In this document: piece after piece, positions 9,386 through 18,389 of the stretch
Numbering within the stretch: the stretch's first letter is position 1
Layout of the letters: every line of letters starts with the position of its first letter
DNA from: a cyanobacterium endosymbiont of Epithemia turgida isolate EtSB Lake Yunoko
GTDB taxonomy: Bacteria > Cyanobacteriota > Cyanobacteriia > Cyanobacteriales > Microcystaceae
NCBI RefSeq assembly: GCF_000829235.1
Contig: NZ_AP012549.1
Span: 1,740,001 to 1,772,000 of the forward strand
Length of the DNA stretch: 32,000 bases
Direction: 5' to 3'
Notes under the pieces: generated by a model
Seen by the model: only the letters and a program-made list of their open reading frames with translations
Told to the model about the DNA's origin: nothing
The model's database searches: none
Position numbers and translations under genes: made by a program

Positions 9386-10273
9386 ATGAGAGTTCGCAAT
9401 ATCTTATTTTTGATTGTTTATGCAATTGTCTTAACATTGATTAGTCTTGGCATGGGGAAAGTTTCTTATTCTTGGTTCCCCCCCCAAGCTTCGGCAGAAT
9501 CTCTATTAATTGATGAATTGTTTGCTTTTCTTGTTACTTTAGGAACTTTTATTTTCTTAGGAATTACCGGAGTAATTATCTACTCCGTTATTTTTCAAAG
9601 AGCAGATAAGTATGATTATAGTGATGGTCCTCATATTGAAGGAAACGTTCCCCTAGAAATTGTTTGGACATCTATCCCCATCCTTTTGGTATTTTGGTTA
9701 GCGGGATATAGTTATCAGGTTTACGACCAAATGGCTATTCGCGGTTCAATAGAGCTGAACTCCTTACCAATGATTTCTGGACAAACTGCTATTGTTATTC
9801 CAGAACCTAGTCAAGCCATTGAAGTGGTTGCACAACAGTGGTCTTGGGTATTTCATTATCCTGAAAGGGATGTGACCAGTACGGAATTGCATCTCCCTGC
9901 AAACCAGAGAGTACGTTTGAAATTAAAATCAAAAGATGTACTGCATGGCTTATATATTCCAGCTTTTCGAGTTAAGCAAGATATTGTTCCTAACAAAACC
10001 ACTGACTTTGAATTTACTCCCATTAAGGAAGGGAAATATCGCTTAAGAGACTCTCAATTTAGTGGAACTTATTTTGCTACAATGCAAACAGATGTGGTGG
10101 TAGAATCTCCTGAAGCCTACGAAAATTGGTTATTTGAAGCAGCAAGACGCGAACCGTCTCCCGCAAATAATGTTGCAGCTTCAGAATATATCCAAGAAAC
10201 AGAAAAAAAATTTCAGAGTGGCTGGCCAACAATTATTCCAGCAGAACCGCCAGTAGTCAACTATCCTACCTAA
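9386..10273 (+). CDS. ctaC: Heme-copper oxidase subunit II lacking the CuA site (ARTO/CtaCII-like)
   Basis: COX2 fold: two N-terminal TM helices and a cupredoxin domain ..DVLHGLYIPAFRVKQD... The canonical CxExCGxxHxxM is replaced by DSQFSGTYFATM (10049-10084). The ORF track starts at TTG 9362; I prefer the ATG at 9386 (MRVRNILFL..). Confidence 0.9.
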   Translation: MRVRNILFLIVYAIVLTLISLGMGKVSYSWFPPQASAESLLIDELFAFLVTLGTFIFLGITGVIIYSVIFQRADKYDYSDGPHIEGNVPLEIVWTSIPILLVFWLAGYSYQVYDQMAIRGSIELNSLPMISGQTAIVIPEPSQAIEVVAQQWSWVFHYPERDVTSTELHLPANQRVRLKLKSKDVLHGLYIPAFRVKQDIVPNKTTDFEFTPIKEGKYRLRDSQFSGTYFATMQTDVVVESPEAYENWLFEAARREPSPANNVAASEYIQETEKKFQSGWPTIIPAEPPVVNYPT

Positions 10274-10397
10274 TCTGGGTTAGTGGTTCACAGCCCAAAA
10301 TATACCCTCGATGATTTTCTCCTCTTATCGAGCATTTGTATTTGTAACCAGCATCCGATGATGATAATTAGCCGAATTTAATGTCAGGAAAAAATGT

Positions 10398-12077
10398 ATG
10401 ACAGATTGTCAAAATAAAGACACAAACATTATTGTAGAAAGTTGCCCAGACCTATCTGCCAGGAATTGGCGAAGATATTTCAGTTTTAGTACAGATCATA
10501 AAGTCATTGGAATTCAATACCTAGTTACTTCTTTTGTTTTCTTTCTCATTGGTGGAATCTTCGCCATGATCATTAGGGGGGAATTAATTACCCCGGAATC
10601 AGATTTAGTTGATCGCACTTTTTACAATGGAATGTTCACTATGCATGGCACTATCATGCTGTTTTTGTGGACATTTCCCTCATTGGTCGGGTTAGCTAAC
10701 TATTTGGTTCCTATTATGATAGGAGCAAAAGACATGGCTTTTCCTCGTCTTAATGCGGCTGCCTTTTGGATGGTTCCCGTGGTGGGAATATTGATGTTAG
10801 CCAGCTTTTTTGTCCCCAGTGGATCAGCCCAAGCTGGTTGGTGGTCTTATCCTCCGGTTAGTATTCAAAACCCTACGGGACAGTTGATTACAGGGCAAGT
10901 TCTCTGGTTATTGGCAGTGGCTATTTCTGGAATCTCCTCGATTATGGGGGCGGTCAATTTTGTGACTACTGTGGTCAAAATGCGTGCCCCTGGAATGACC
11001 TTTTTTCGGATGCCAATTTTTGTTTGGGCAGTTTTTAGCGCACAAATTATTCAATTATTTGGCTTGCCGGCTCTCACCGCAGGGGCAGTGATGTTACTAT
11101 TTGATGTCACCGCAGGGACCAGCTTTTTTGACTCCTCTCGAGGAGGAAACCCGATCTTATTTCAACACTTTTTCTGGTTTTATTCTCACCCTGCGGTCTA
11201 TGTAATTATTCTGCCAATTTTTGGTATTTTCTCAGAAATTTTCCCTGTTTATTCCCGTAAACCTTTGTTTGGGTATAAAATTGTTGCAATTTCTTCGTTA
11301 CTCATTGCTGGGGTTAGTGCCTTAGTTTGGGTACACCATATGTATGCTAGTGAAACCCCAGGTTGGATGCGGATGGTGTTTATGCTGTCTACGATGTTTG
11401 TGTCAGTTCCCACCGGAATTAAAGTGTTTGCTTGGGTGGGTACTATGTGGGGAGGAAAATTACGCCTAAGCACCCCTATGTTATTCGCTTTGGGGGCATT
11501 AATCATGTTTATTTTTGCTGGCGTAACGGGTATTATGTTGTCAGTAGTCCCCGTGGATATTCATGTAAATAACACCTATTTTGTTGTAGGACATTTCCAT
11601 TATGTCCTTTATGGAACAGTAACAATGGGAATGTATGCCGCTATTTATCATTGGTTTCCTAAAATGACAGGGCGAACATATCGTGAGAGTTGGGGTCAGC
11701 TCCACTTCTGGTTAGCTTTTATTGGTACGAATTTAAACTTTTTACCTATGCACCTTTTGGGGTTACAAGGAATGCTGCGTCGGGTAGCTTCTTATGACCC
11801 TGAATACACCTTTTGGAACGTGGTAGCGAGTCTTGGAGGGTTTTTATTAGGAGTGTCTACATTGCCTTTTATCGTTAATATGGTTAGTTCTTGGATACAA
11901 GGACCGATCGCCTCAAATAACCCTTGGCGTGCTATTGGGTTAGAGTGGATCATTTCCTCTCCTCCTAGTATAGAAAATTTTGAAGATTTTCCTGTGATTA
12001 TTTCTGGTCCCTATGGTTATGGTAAACCAGATCAATTAGTTGCTAATGAGGAAGCAATGCTAGGACATAGTAAATAG
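10398..12077 (+). CDS. ctaD: Heme-copper oxidase subunit I, A2-type
   Basis: 559 aa. All metal ligands are present: FTMHGTIMLF, YSHPAVY (11181-11201), VWVHHMY, GHFHYV. The YSHPxV motif replaces GHPEV, which defines A2-type oxidases. Confidence 0.97.
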   Translation: MTDCQNKDTNIIVESCPDLSARNWRRYFSFSTDHKVIGIQYLVTSFVFFLIGGIFAMIIRGELITPESDLVDRTFYNGMFTMHGTIMLFLWTFPSLVGLANYLVPIMIGAKDMAFPRLNAAAFWMVPVVGILMLASFFVPSGSAQAGWWSYPPVSIQNPTGQLITGQVLWLLAVAISGISSIMGAVNFVTTVVKMRAPGMTFFRMPIFVWAVFSAQIIQLFGLPALTAGAVMLLFDVTAGTSFFDSSRGGNPILFQHFFWFYSHPAVYVIILPIFGIFSEIFPVYSRKPLFGYKIVAISSLLIAGVSALVWVHHMYASETPGWMRMVFMLSTMFVSVPTGIKVFAWVGTMWGGKLRLSTPMLFALGALIMFIFAGVTGIMLSVVPVDIHVNNTYFVVGHFHYVLYGTVTMGMYAAIYHWFPKMTGRTYRESWGQLHFWLAFIGTNLNFLPMHLLGLQGMLRRVASYDPEYTFWNVVASLGGFLLGVSTLPFIVNMVSSWIQGPIASNNPWRAIGLEWIISSPPSIENFEDFPVIISGPYGYGKPDQLVANEEAMLGHSK

Positions 12078-12147
12078 TGAACAGTTAATAGTTTTTAATT
12101 GTTTATATTAGTTTTTTATTCCCTGATTTGAGAATTTGGAGAGTATA

Positions 12148-12750
12148 ATGGACAGTTCAGTTTCTTCAGGACAATTGCATGGGGCAATAGGAGAACATGA
12201 ACACGATGCGGAGGGCAATAGTCTCTTTGGCTTTGTCGTGTTTCTTCTATCAGAGAGTATTATTTTCCTCAGCTTTTTCGTCGGATATTGTGTTTACAAA
12301 ACTACTGTGGTTGACTGGCTACCGCCAGGCGTGACAGGACTAGAAATAAGAGAACCTGCTATTAATACAGTGGTTTTGGTGTCTAGTAGTTTCGTTATCT
12401 ATATTGCTGAAAAGTGTTTAGAAAGCAGTAGATTTTGGGCTTTTCGTTTTTTCCTATTAATGACTATGGTTATGGGAACCTACTTTTTGGTTGGACAAGC
12501 GCTTGAATGGAGTAATCTGGAATTCCGCTTTAATTCTGGCGTATTTGGGGGAATGTTTTATCTCCTAACAGGGTTTCATGGGTTGCACGTTCTCACAGGT
12601 GTTATTTTACAAACTTTGATGTTAGGTCGTTCCTTTTTACCAAATAATTACCAGGGGGGACATTTTGGCGTGATGGCAACCTCTTTATTCTGGCACTTTG
12701 TTGATGTTATTTGGATTATTTTATTTATCTTAATTTATCTATGGCAATAG
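12148..12750 (+). CDS. ctaE: Heme-copper oxidase subunit III
   Basis: COX3-like protein with 5 TM helices (..FYLLTGFHGLHVLTG.., ..LFWHFVDVIWIILF..). I prefer the ATG at 12148, preceded by GGAGAG, over the TTG at 12136 in the track. Confidence 0.9.
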   Translation: MDSSVSSGQLHGAIGEHEHDAEGNSLFGFVVFLLSESIIFLSFFVGYCVYKTTVVDWLPPGVTGLEIREPAINTVVLVSSSFVIYIAEKCLESSRFWAFRFFLLMTMVMGTYFLVGQALEWSNLEFRFNSGVFGGMFYLLTGFHGLHVLTGVILQTLMLGRSFLPNNYQGGHFGVMATSLFWHFVDVIWIILFILIYLWQ

Positions 12751-12751
12751 G

Positions 12752-12779
12752 TAATAGTTAATAATTAATAGTTAATAGG
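12752..12779. repeat. 14-bp tandem repeat x2 (TAATAGTTAATAAT / TAATAGTTAATAGG) in the ctaE-GMC spacer
   Basis: Read directly. The related AGTTAATAGTT sits in the ctaD-ctaE spacer at 12083-12093. Confidence 0.5.
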
Positions 12780-12796
12780 TAAGTATAGAGGCAATT

Positions 12797-14311
12797 ATGA
12801 TTATTGATGATCAACATTATGATGTAATTATTGTTGGTACGGGGGCAGGAGGAGGAACTTTAGCTCATAAACTAGCTCCTACAGGTAAAAGAATTTTGAT
12901 TCTGGAAAGGGGAGACTTTATGCCTCTGGAAGAACAAAATATAGCTAACGTTGATGTTTTTAAGAAAGAACGTTATCGAGCGCCAGAACGCTGGTATAGC
13001 AAAGATGGAGAAGCATTTTCTCCTCAAACAAATTATGCTGTTGGTGGAAATACAAAAATCTACGGCGCGGCATTAGTTAGAATGCGGGAAAAAGACTTTG
13101 AAAATGTGGAACATCAAGAAGGAATTTCACCCGCTTGGGGGCTAAAATATAGTGATTTTGAACCCTATTATACCGAAGCGGAAAAACTTTACATGGTTCA
13201 TGGACGAATAGGAGATGATCCTACTGAACCTTTTCGTAGTTCGGATTATCCTTTACCCCCGATGGAGAACGAACCCCAAATTCAAACGATTGTTGATGAG
13301 ATCACTCAACAGGGGTTACATCCCACGGCACTGCCTCTGAGTTTAACTCGCGCAAAAGATGATCCTACGGGAGACTCGGAAGTCTTTGGTATTGTGCCGG
13401 CATTGAAACATTCCAATGTGACACTTAAAACCTCAGCCAAGGTAGTCTGTTTACTTACTAATTCTTCAGGAGAAGCAGTTAGAGCAGTAGAAGCCAAAGT
13501 TTGCGGTGAATCTTACCTATTTTTTGGCGATATAATCATATTAGCGTGCGGTGCTATCAATTCATCAGCCTTACTGTTACGTTCTGCTAATCCTAAACAT
13601 CCTAACGGATTGGGGAATAGTTCTGATCAGGTAGGGCGTAATTTTATGAAACATCATCAAACCGCGATGGTAGAATTGAGTGTCAAGTCAAATTCGGGAC
13701 AATTTCTCAGAACAGTTAGTATCAATGACTTTTACTGGGGTGACGAAAATTTCCCTTACCCAATGGGTCATATTGAGAATACAGGGGGACTGCTTCAAGA
13801 TATCATTTTTGCCGAATCCCCTCCTATTTTATCGGTTTTAGCCAAAGGTATGCCTGGGTTTGGACTTGAACAGTTAGCGAAACGATCTATCGGTTGGTGG
13901 GTGTATACAGAAACCTTGCCGGATCCCAATAATCGTGTAAGAATCAGCGGGGATAAGCTATATGTTGAATACACCCCGAACAATATTGAGGCACATGATC
14001 GCCTCATTTATCGCTGGATAGATGTGTTAAAAAAGGGAGAAAATAAGCTAGGAAATTCTGTTTTTGAAAAGCTAGCAGTTTACCCCCGTGGGGAAGTGCC
14101 TATACAGGCGGTTGCTAACCAATGTGGGACTTGTCGCTTTGGGGAAGATCCGGCTAATTCTGTTCTTAACTTCAATTGTCGTACTCATGATCTTGAAAAT
14201 CTTTATATTGTTGATAGTAGTTTCTTTCCATCAAGTTCAGGGGTTCCCCCAGCATTAACAATTATTGCTAATGCATTGCGAGTGGGCGATCATTTGATAG
14301 AGAGGTTTTAG
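12797..14311 (+). CDS. GMC-family FAD-dependent oxidoreductase
   Basis: 504 aa. N-terminal FAD fold YDVIIVGTGAGGGTLAHKLA and a C-terminal GMC_oxred_C-type region ..NLYIVDSSFFPSSSGVPPALTIIANALRV... Lies 46 nt downstream of ctaE on the same strand. Confidence 0.9.
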   Translation: MIIDDQHYDVIIVGTGAGGGTLAHKLAPTGKRILILERGDFMPLEEQNIANVDVFKKERYRAPERWYSKDGEAFSPQTNYAVGGNTKIYGAALVRMREKDFENVEHQEGISPAWGLKYSDFEPYYTEAEKLYMVHGRIGDDPTEPFRSSDYPLPPMENEPQIQTIVDEITQQGLHPTALPLSLTRAKDDPTGDSEVFGIVPALKHSNVTLKTSAKVVCLLTNSSGEAVRAVEAKVCGESYLFFGDIIILACGAINSSALLLRSANPKHPNGLGNSSDQVGRNFMKHHQTAMVELSVKSNSGQFLRTVSINDFYWGDENFPYPMGHIENTGGLLQDIIFAESPPILSVLAKGMPGFGLEQLAKRSIGWWVYTETLPDPNNRVRISGDKLYVEYTPNNIEAHDRLIYRWIDVLKKGENKLGNSVFEKLAVYPRGEVPIQAVANQCGTCRFGEDPANSVLNFNCRTHDLENLYIVDSSFFPSSSGVPPALTIIANALRVGDHLIERF

Positions 14312-14361
14312 TGAAAACCCGGAAATTCAAAGTCAATATTGCCCATAAAGTGGTTTTAAAG

Positions 14362-14394
14362 TGGGGATGAAGACAAATCTTCTTTTAATCCCCA
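14362..14394 (+). terminator. Candidate operon-end stem-loop
   Basis: TGGGGAT-GAAGA-caaa-TCTTC-ttttA-ATCCCCA, 50 nt after the GMC stop codon. It is one of the most GC-rich structures I noticed in the spacers, but there is no clear U-tract. Confidence 0.35.
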
Positions 14395-14600
14395 TCTGGA
14401 AAAGCAAAAAATATGACTTCAGCCTTTGTTATTATTTTGATTCATACACAAGTAGCAAAAGACTCTTTCTAAAATAGAAATTACAAACCAGTTAAATATA
14501 AACATAAAACATTAGACTTTTAGAGGACTTGGGAAAATTATTATACGGGCTGATGGTATTACTATAAAGAACTTCTACGTTTTTTTTAAGTGACTTTATT

Positions 14601-14640
14601 TTTTCTGAATCTTCTAAACTTTTTCTGAATATTCTAAACT
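14601..14640. repeat. 20-bp tandem repeat x2 (TTTTCTGAAT[C/A]TTCTAAACT)
   Basis: Read directly; one mismatch between the units. Confidence 0.7.
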
Positions 14641-14869
14641 GAGTATGATTGGTTGACATCTAATAATTTCTAAAACCTTTATTCTGAGTGTATTCTATAA
14701 CTAGAAAAAATTTAATCTCCATAAAGATCAAGTTTTTTTGATATTAGAAGTATTATGGAGTAATGTTTTCAGCTTTTATTTATTATGATGTTGTAACAGT
14801 TAGTATAAAAGAGTCTTAATTATTTTAGCTATCTTAATGTATTTCAAAGTCCAAGCTGCTCTATTACAT

Positions 14870-14898
14870 AAGCTCTTTAACTAAAAACTAAAGAGCTT
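14870..14898. repeat. Perfect 10-bp inverted repeat AAGCTCTTTA-9 nt-TAAAGAGCTT in a gene-free 1.5-kb spacer
   Basis: Read directly. No flanking U-tract on either strand. Confidence 0.5.
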
Positions 14899-15675
14899 AA
14901 AAACATATAATTCATTATTTATATAAATAAATTAATACTAAATAATAACTTGCCTGTATTTTTACTATATCAATCTTATCAATCACTAATCGGTTTAATT
15001 TATGTATATTTTGATCTACAATTCTTGAATTGAATCTTTGATAATTGTTTCTATTTATTGTTCACTCAATTTTTTATACAAGTTAAACTATTTTTATCTT
15101 CTATAAAAGCTGATAATGAGTAATGGTAAATTCTTTTAAATTTAAACACAGTTAAATATTAAAATAAGCCTAATCTAATCCACGAACAAAATTTACTAGA
15201 ATACTGTCTGTATGATAATCATGGCTTTTAATCAGCTTACTTTTGACAATTAAAGTGTATTCATGTCTTTAATTTATACATGGTAGGTTTAGCAGAACTA
15301 TTCAATTATTTTATTTTCTCCTACTGACCTGTCGGAAGTTTCAACAAATTTATAATCAGAAAATATGGGGCGATCTTGACCACCTTTTTTAATTCTATAC
15401 GAGCTTCTATTAAATTAGAGTTAATGAGAGCTAAATATTTAAATAATGTTTGCTATCAAATATAGAGAGGATTAGATATTAAGGTTAATAATAACTTTAT
15501 TTCAAAATATTAAACTAAAATTTAGAAACTTTATCTCTTCAGAGATTTAGCTATTATTGAACAATCTAGAATTAGTCCAATATTATAGTAATTGCTTTAT
15601 TTATTCTAGATAAAATCTATTTTTTGACAAAATTAATCAATGAGTAACTCTTGATTACGACTTTAACCATAATTA

Positions 15676-15705
15676 TTGATTATCAATTGATTATTGGATA
15701 ATCAA
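15676..15705. promoter_or_regulatory. Inverted repeat TTGATTATC-12 nt-GATAATCAA with an internal third TTGATTAT copy, about 100 nt upstream of the DUF1232 gene
   Basis: Read directly. The context is low-complexity and AT-rich, so this could be chance. Confidence 0.2.
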
Positions 15706-15806
15706 CTTTAATATTGGGTCCGGAAATTTTCCCTTGATTAATCTAGCCAGTTTAAGTAAAGCTATGATTAAGTCAATCAGATTAAGTAAATTTTAGGTCA
15801 ACAACT

Positions 15807-16097
15807 ATGAACTATATAGTTCAAGCTTTCTATAAATGGTATCGAAATGCCATGAAACGTCCTAAGTATCGCTGGCTTGTGATTCTCGGAACTCTTATTT
15901 ATCTATTAAGTCCTATTGACATTTCACCAGATTTAATCCCTATTGTAGGATGGATTGACGATGGCTTGTTGATATTTTTATTAGTGAGTGAACTTTCTAG
16001 CTTATTTTGGAGATACAGTCCAAAACGTCATAATGATAAAACTGTTGATGACAATTCTTCCTGCGTTACTACCATCGATGTTGAAGTTATTCAGTGA
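15807..16097 (+). CDS. DUF1232 (YkvA-family) small membrane protein
   Basis: 96-aa ORF with the family hallmark ..YLLSPIDISPDLIPIVGWIDDGLL... Confidence 0.7.
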   Translation: MNYIVQAFYKWYRNAMKRPKYRWLVILGTLIYLLSPIDISPDLIPIVGWIDDGLLIFLLVSELSSLFWRYSPKRHNDKTVDDNSSCVTTIDVEVIQ

Positions 16098-16211
16098 GTT
16101 ATCTAACTTTATATAAAAATAAGGAGACCATATCAGGTTTTTAGCTTCTTAGTTTAATCCTTCTGTACTATTATCGATGGTGTCTTAAACGTAATTTAAT
16201 AAGGAAAAAGG

Positions 16212-17483
16212 GTGAAAGTTTTAGTTGTTGGTGATGGCGGGCGCGAACATGCCTTAGCATGGAAATTGTTACAGTCTCTTCGAGTTCAACGGTGTTGGTG
16301 TGTTCCAGGAAATGGGGGCACCGCCTTATTAGAAAGGTGCGAAAATATCCCCTTAGCGGTAGAGGATATCGACGGTATTGCCCAAGTTGCTTTTAAAAAT
16401 CAAATTGATCTGGTGATAGTTGGACCAGAAGTCCCCCTATCGTTAGGAATTGGCGATCTCCTTCAAAAAAAAGGTATCCCTGTTTTTGGTCCTACCCGAC
16501 TCGGGGCAAAAATTGAATCAAGTAAGTCCTGGGCGAAAACTCTCATGCTTGAAGCGGGAGTTCCTGTCGCCCAAGGAAAAACTTTTACTAATGCAACCGC
16601 GGCTAAAGCTTATATTAATCAACAAGGAACCCCCATTGTCGTTAAAGCTGATGGATTGGCGGCTGGAAAAGGAGTTATTGTCACCCAAACAATCCCAGAA
16701 GCCTATGCTGCAGTTGATGACCTCTTTAAAATGGGATTTTTTCGGATTTTGGTAGAGGAATGTTTAATCGGAGAAGAAGTCTCTATATTAGCCATAACTG
16801 ATGGAATTACAGTTCGTTCCCTGCTACCCGCCCAGGACCACAAGCGCATTGGAGAAGGAGATATAGGACTTAACACAGGAGGAATGGGGGCTTATTGTCC
16901 AGCCCCAATCGCCACACCAGACTTATTACAACGGGTCGATGAGGAGATTTTAAAACCCACTGTAGCCGCTTTACGCGACCGTGGAATAGACTATCGAGGT
17001 GTCTTGTATGCAGGGTTAATGGTATCGCCTCAAGGAGAACTCAAAGTATTAGAGTACAATTGTCGTTTTGGTGATCCTGAAACCCAGGCGGTGTTACCTT
17101 TGTTGGAAACTCCTTTAGACCAAGTGATTTTAGCTTGTGTACAACAGCGTTTAGAAGAGCTACCCCCCCTGCGTTGGCACTTAGGAACGGCGGTATGTGT
17201 AGTTGCAGTTTCTGCGGGGTATCCTGGAAAGTATGAGAAAGGGAAACTAATTACAGGTATTCAAGAAGCAGAGGCGATGGGAGTGACAGTGTTTCAAGCA
17301 GGAACGGCATTAGAAGGAGATCGCCTAGTCACAGATGGAGGAAGAGTTTTGGGGGTAACAGCAATCAGACAAAATCTTAGTGAGGCTATTATTGAAGTGT
17401 ATAAAGGGGTTAATTCTATTGACTTTGAAGGAAAATATTATCGTCGAGATATTGGATATCGGGCGCGATCTAGAAAAGGTTAG
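16212..17483 (+). CDS. purD: Phosphoribosylamine--glycine ligase (GAR synthetase)
   Basis: 423 aa with a GTG start after AAGGAAAAAGG. MKVLVVGDGGREHALAWKL, ATP-grasp core ..VVKADGLAAGKGV.., ..EYNCRFGDPETQ... Confidence 0.97.
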   Translation: MKVLVVGDGGREHALAWKLLQSLRVQRCWCVPGNGGTALLERCENIPLAVEDIDGIAQVAFKNQIDLVIVGPEVPLSLGIGDLLQKKGIPVFGPTRLGAKIESSKSWAKTLMLEAGVPVAQGKTFTNATAAKAYINQQGTPIVVKADGLAAGKGVIVTQTIPEAYAAVDDLFKMGFFRILVEECLIGEEVSILAITDGITVRSLLPAQDHKRIGEGDIGLNTGGMGAYCPAPIATPDLLQRVDEEILKPTVAALRDRGIDYRGVLYAGLMVSPQGELKVLEYNCRFGDPETQAVLPLLETPLDQVILACVQQRLEELPPLRWHLGTAVCVVAVSAGYPGKYEKGKLITGIQEAEAMGVTVFQAGTALEGDRLVTDGGRVLGVTAIRQNLSEAIIEVYKGVNSIDFEGKYYRRDIGYRARSRKG

Positions 17484-17762
17484 AATTGATACAACTTTAA
17501 AATGGGAATTTTGTACTATGGGGTAAATATAGAAATACAGCTTAAGAGAAGATTAGCTAAAAGTCTTATGGGTTGTGGCTTAGAGTTATCTGGTTACCTA
17601 TAACCCCAGGTGCACCTTACACAGTAACGGTTTCGGTAGTTTGAACCAGTGTACACTATAAAGATTGCGCTCCAGGAATGTGGAAGGGGCGTAATTTAAC
17701 ATTAGAACCCCTATACTATAGGTCCTCTGAATCTCCGCAATTTCAATCACTATTCATTCCCA

Positions 17763-18176
17763 TTAGGGATTGATAAAGAGTCTGAGTATATAGTATCTCT
17801 TTGTCGGTCGATAGGGACGGTGGATAGATTGGATCGTCTTATTTAGCTCCAATTTAACCCAACTGGGTTGATGGTTAAAGATACAGTTTCCTAACATAAT
17901 TCTTGCCACTGCTGTTAACAATAAATTATCTTTCAATATAGGTTGATCTCTCCTCACTCTTTTTTTCAGAGGTTGAGGGGCTTCTTTTCCAACAAAAGGT
18001 AATAAAACAAACTCTGTAATTCTAGCAGGATAACTCTTTTCAATAGCTATTTTTGGAAGGTTTCTTAAATGAATTAAATGTTGTATTTGTTGTTGCGGGG
18101 TTTCAATATGACCAGATAACATGGTACTCGTAGTAGGGATTCCTAAACGATGGGCAACGAGATTGCAGTGGGGCAA
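17763..18176 (-). pseudogene. C-terminal relic of a CofH/CofG/MqnC-family radical-SAM enzyme (FO-synthase subunit-2-like); the N-terminal radical-SAM half is missing
   Basis: The translation contains [56 protein letters not shown], matching the conserved C-terminal motifs of this family (TEFVPLxF, SWVKLG). No CxxxCxxC region lies upstream, because the next gene starts at about 18390. Downstream (17580-17762) the expected ..GGTLMEE..QRTTLY region is degenerate and broken by stops. Confidence 0.5.
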
Positions 18177-18389
18177 GAATAAAACAGTTTTGGCATAGGC
18201 TTTTATTTCGCCTGTCTATCCATTGATAAATTTATAAACCGAAAATGCTTAAATGTTGAGTTTTGGAAGAAAAGCATTTAACATTTAAGGAATTAATAAT
18301 GATAGGTGATTGCATAATCAAGTTATCTACAAAAGGACATAAGAAGGCACAATGTATTTTTGAGATATGGCCAACACTCTTTTGATTGT

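Noticed and set aside
8910-14007. Minus-strand ORFs 8910-9098, 11249-11506, 13306-13497 and 13795-14007
   Set aside because: They are antisense shadows inside DUF2231, ctaD and the GMC oxidoreductase.
16450-16755. 101-aa ORF in an alternative frame of purD
   Set aside because: It is a same-strand out-of-frame overlap with a highly conserved purD. No independent support.
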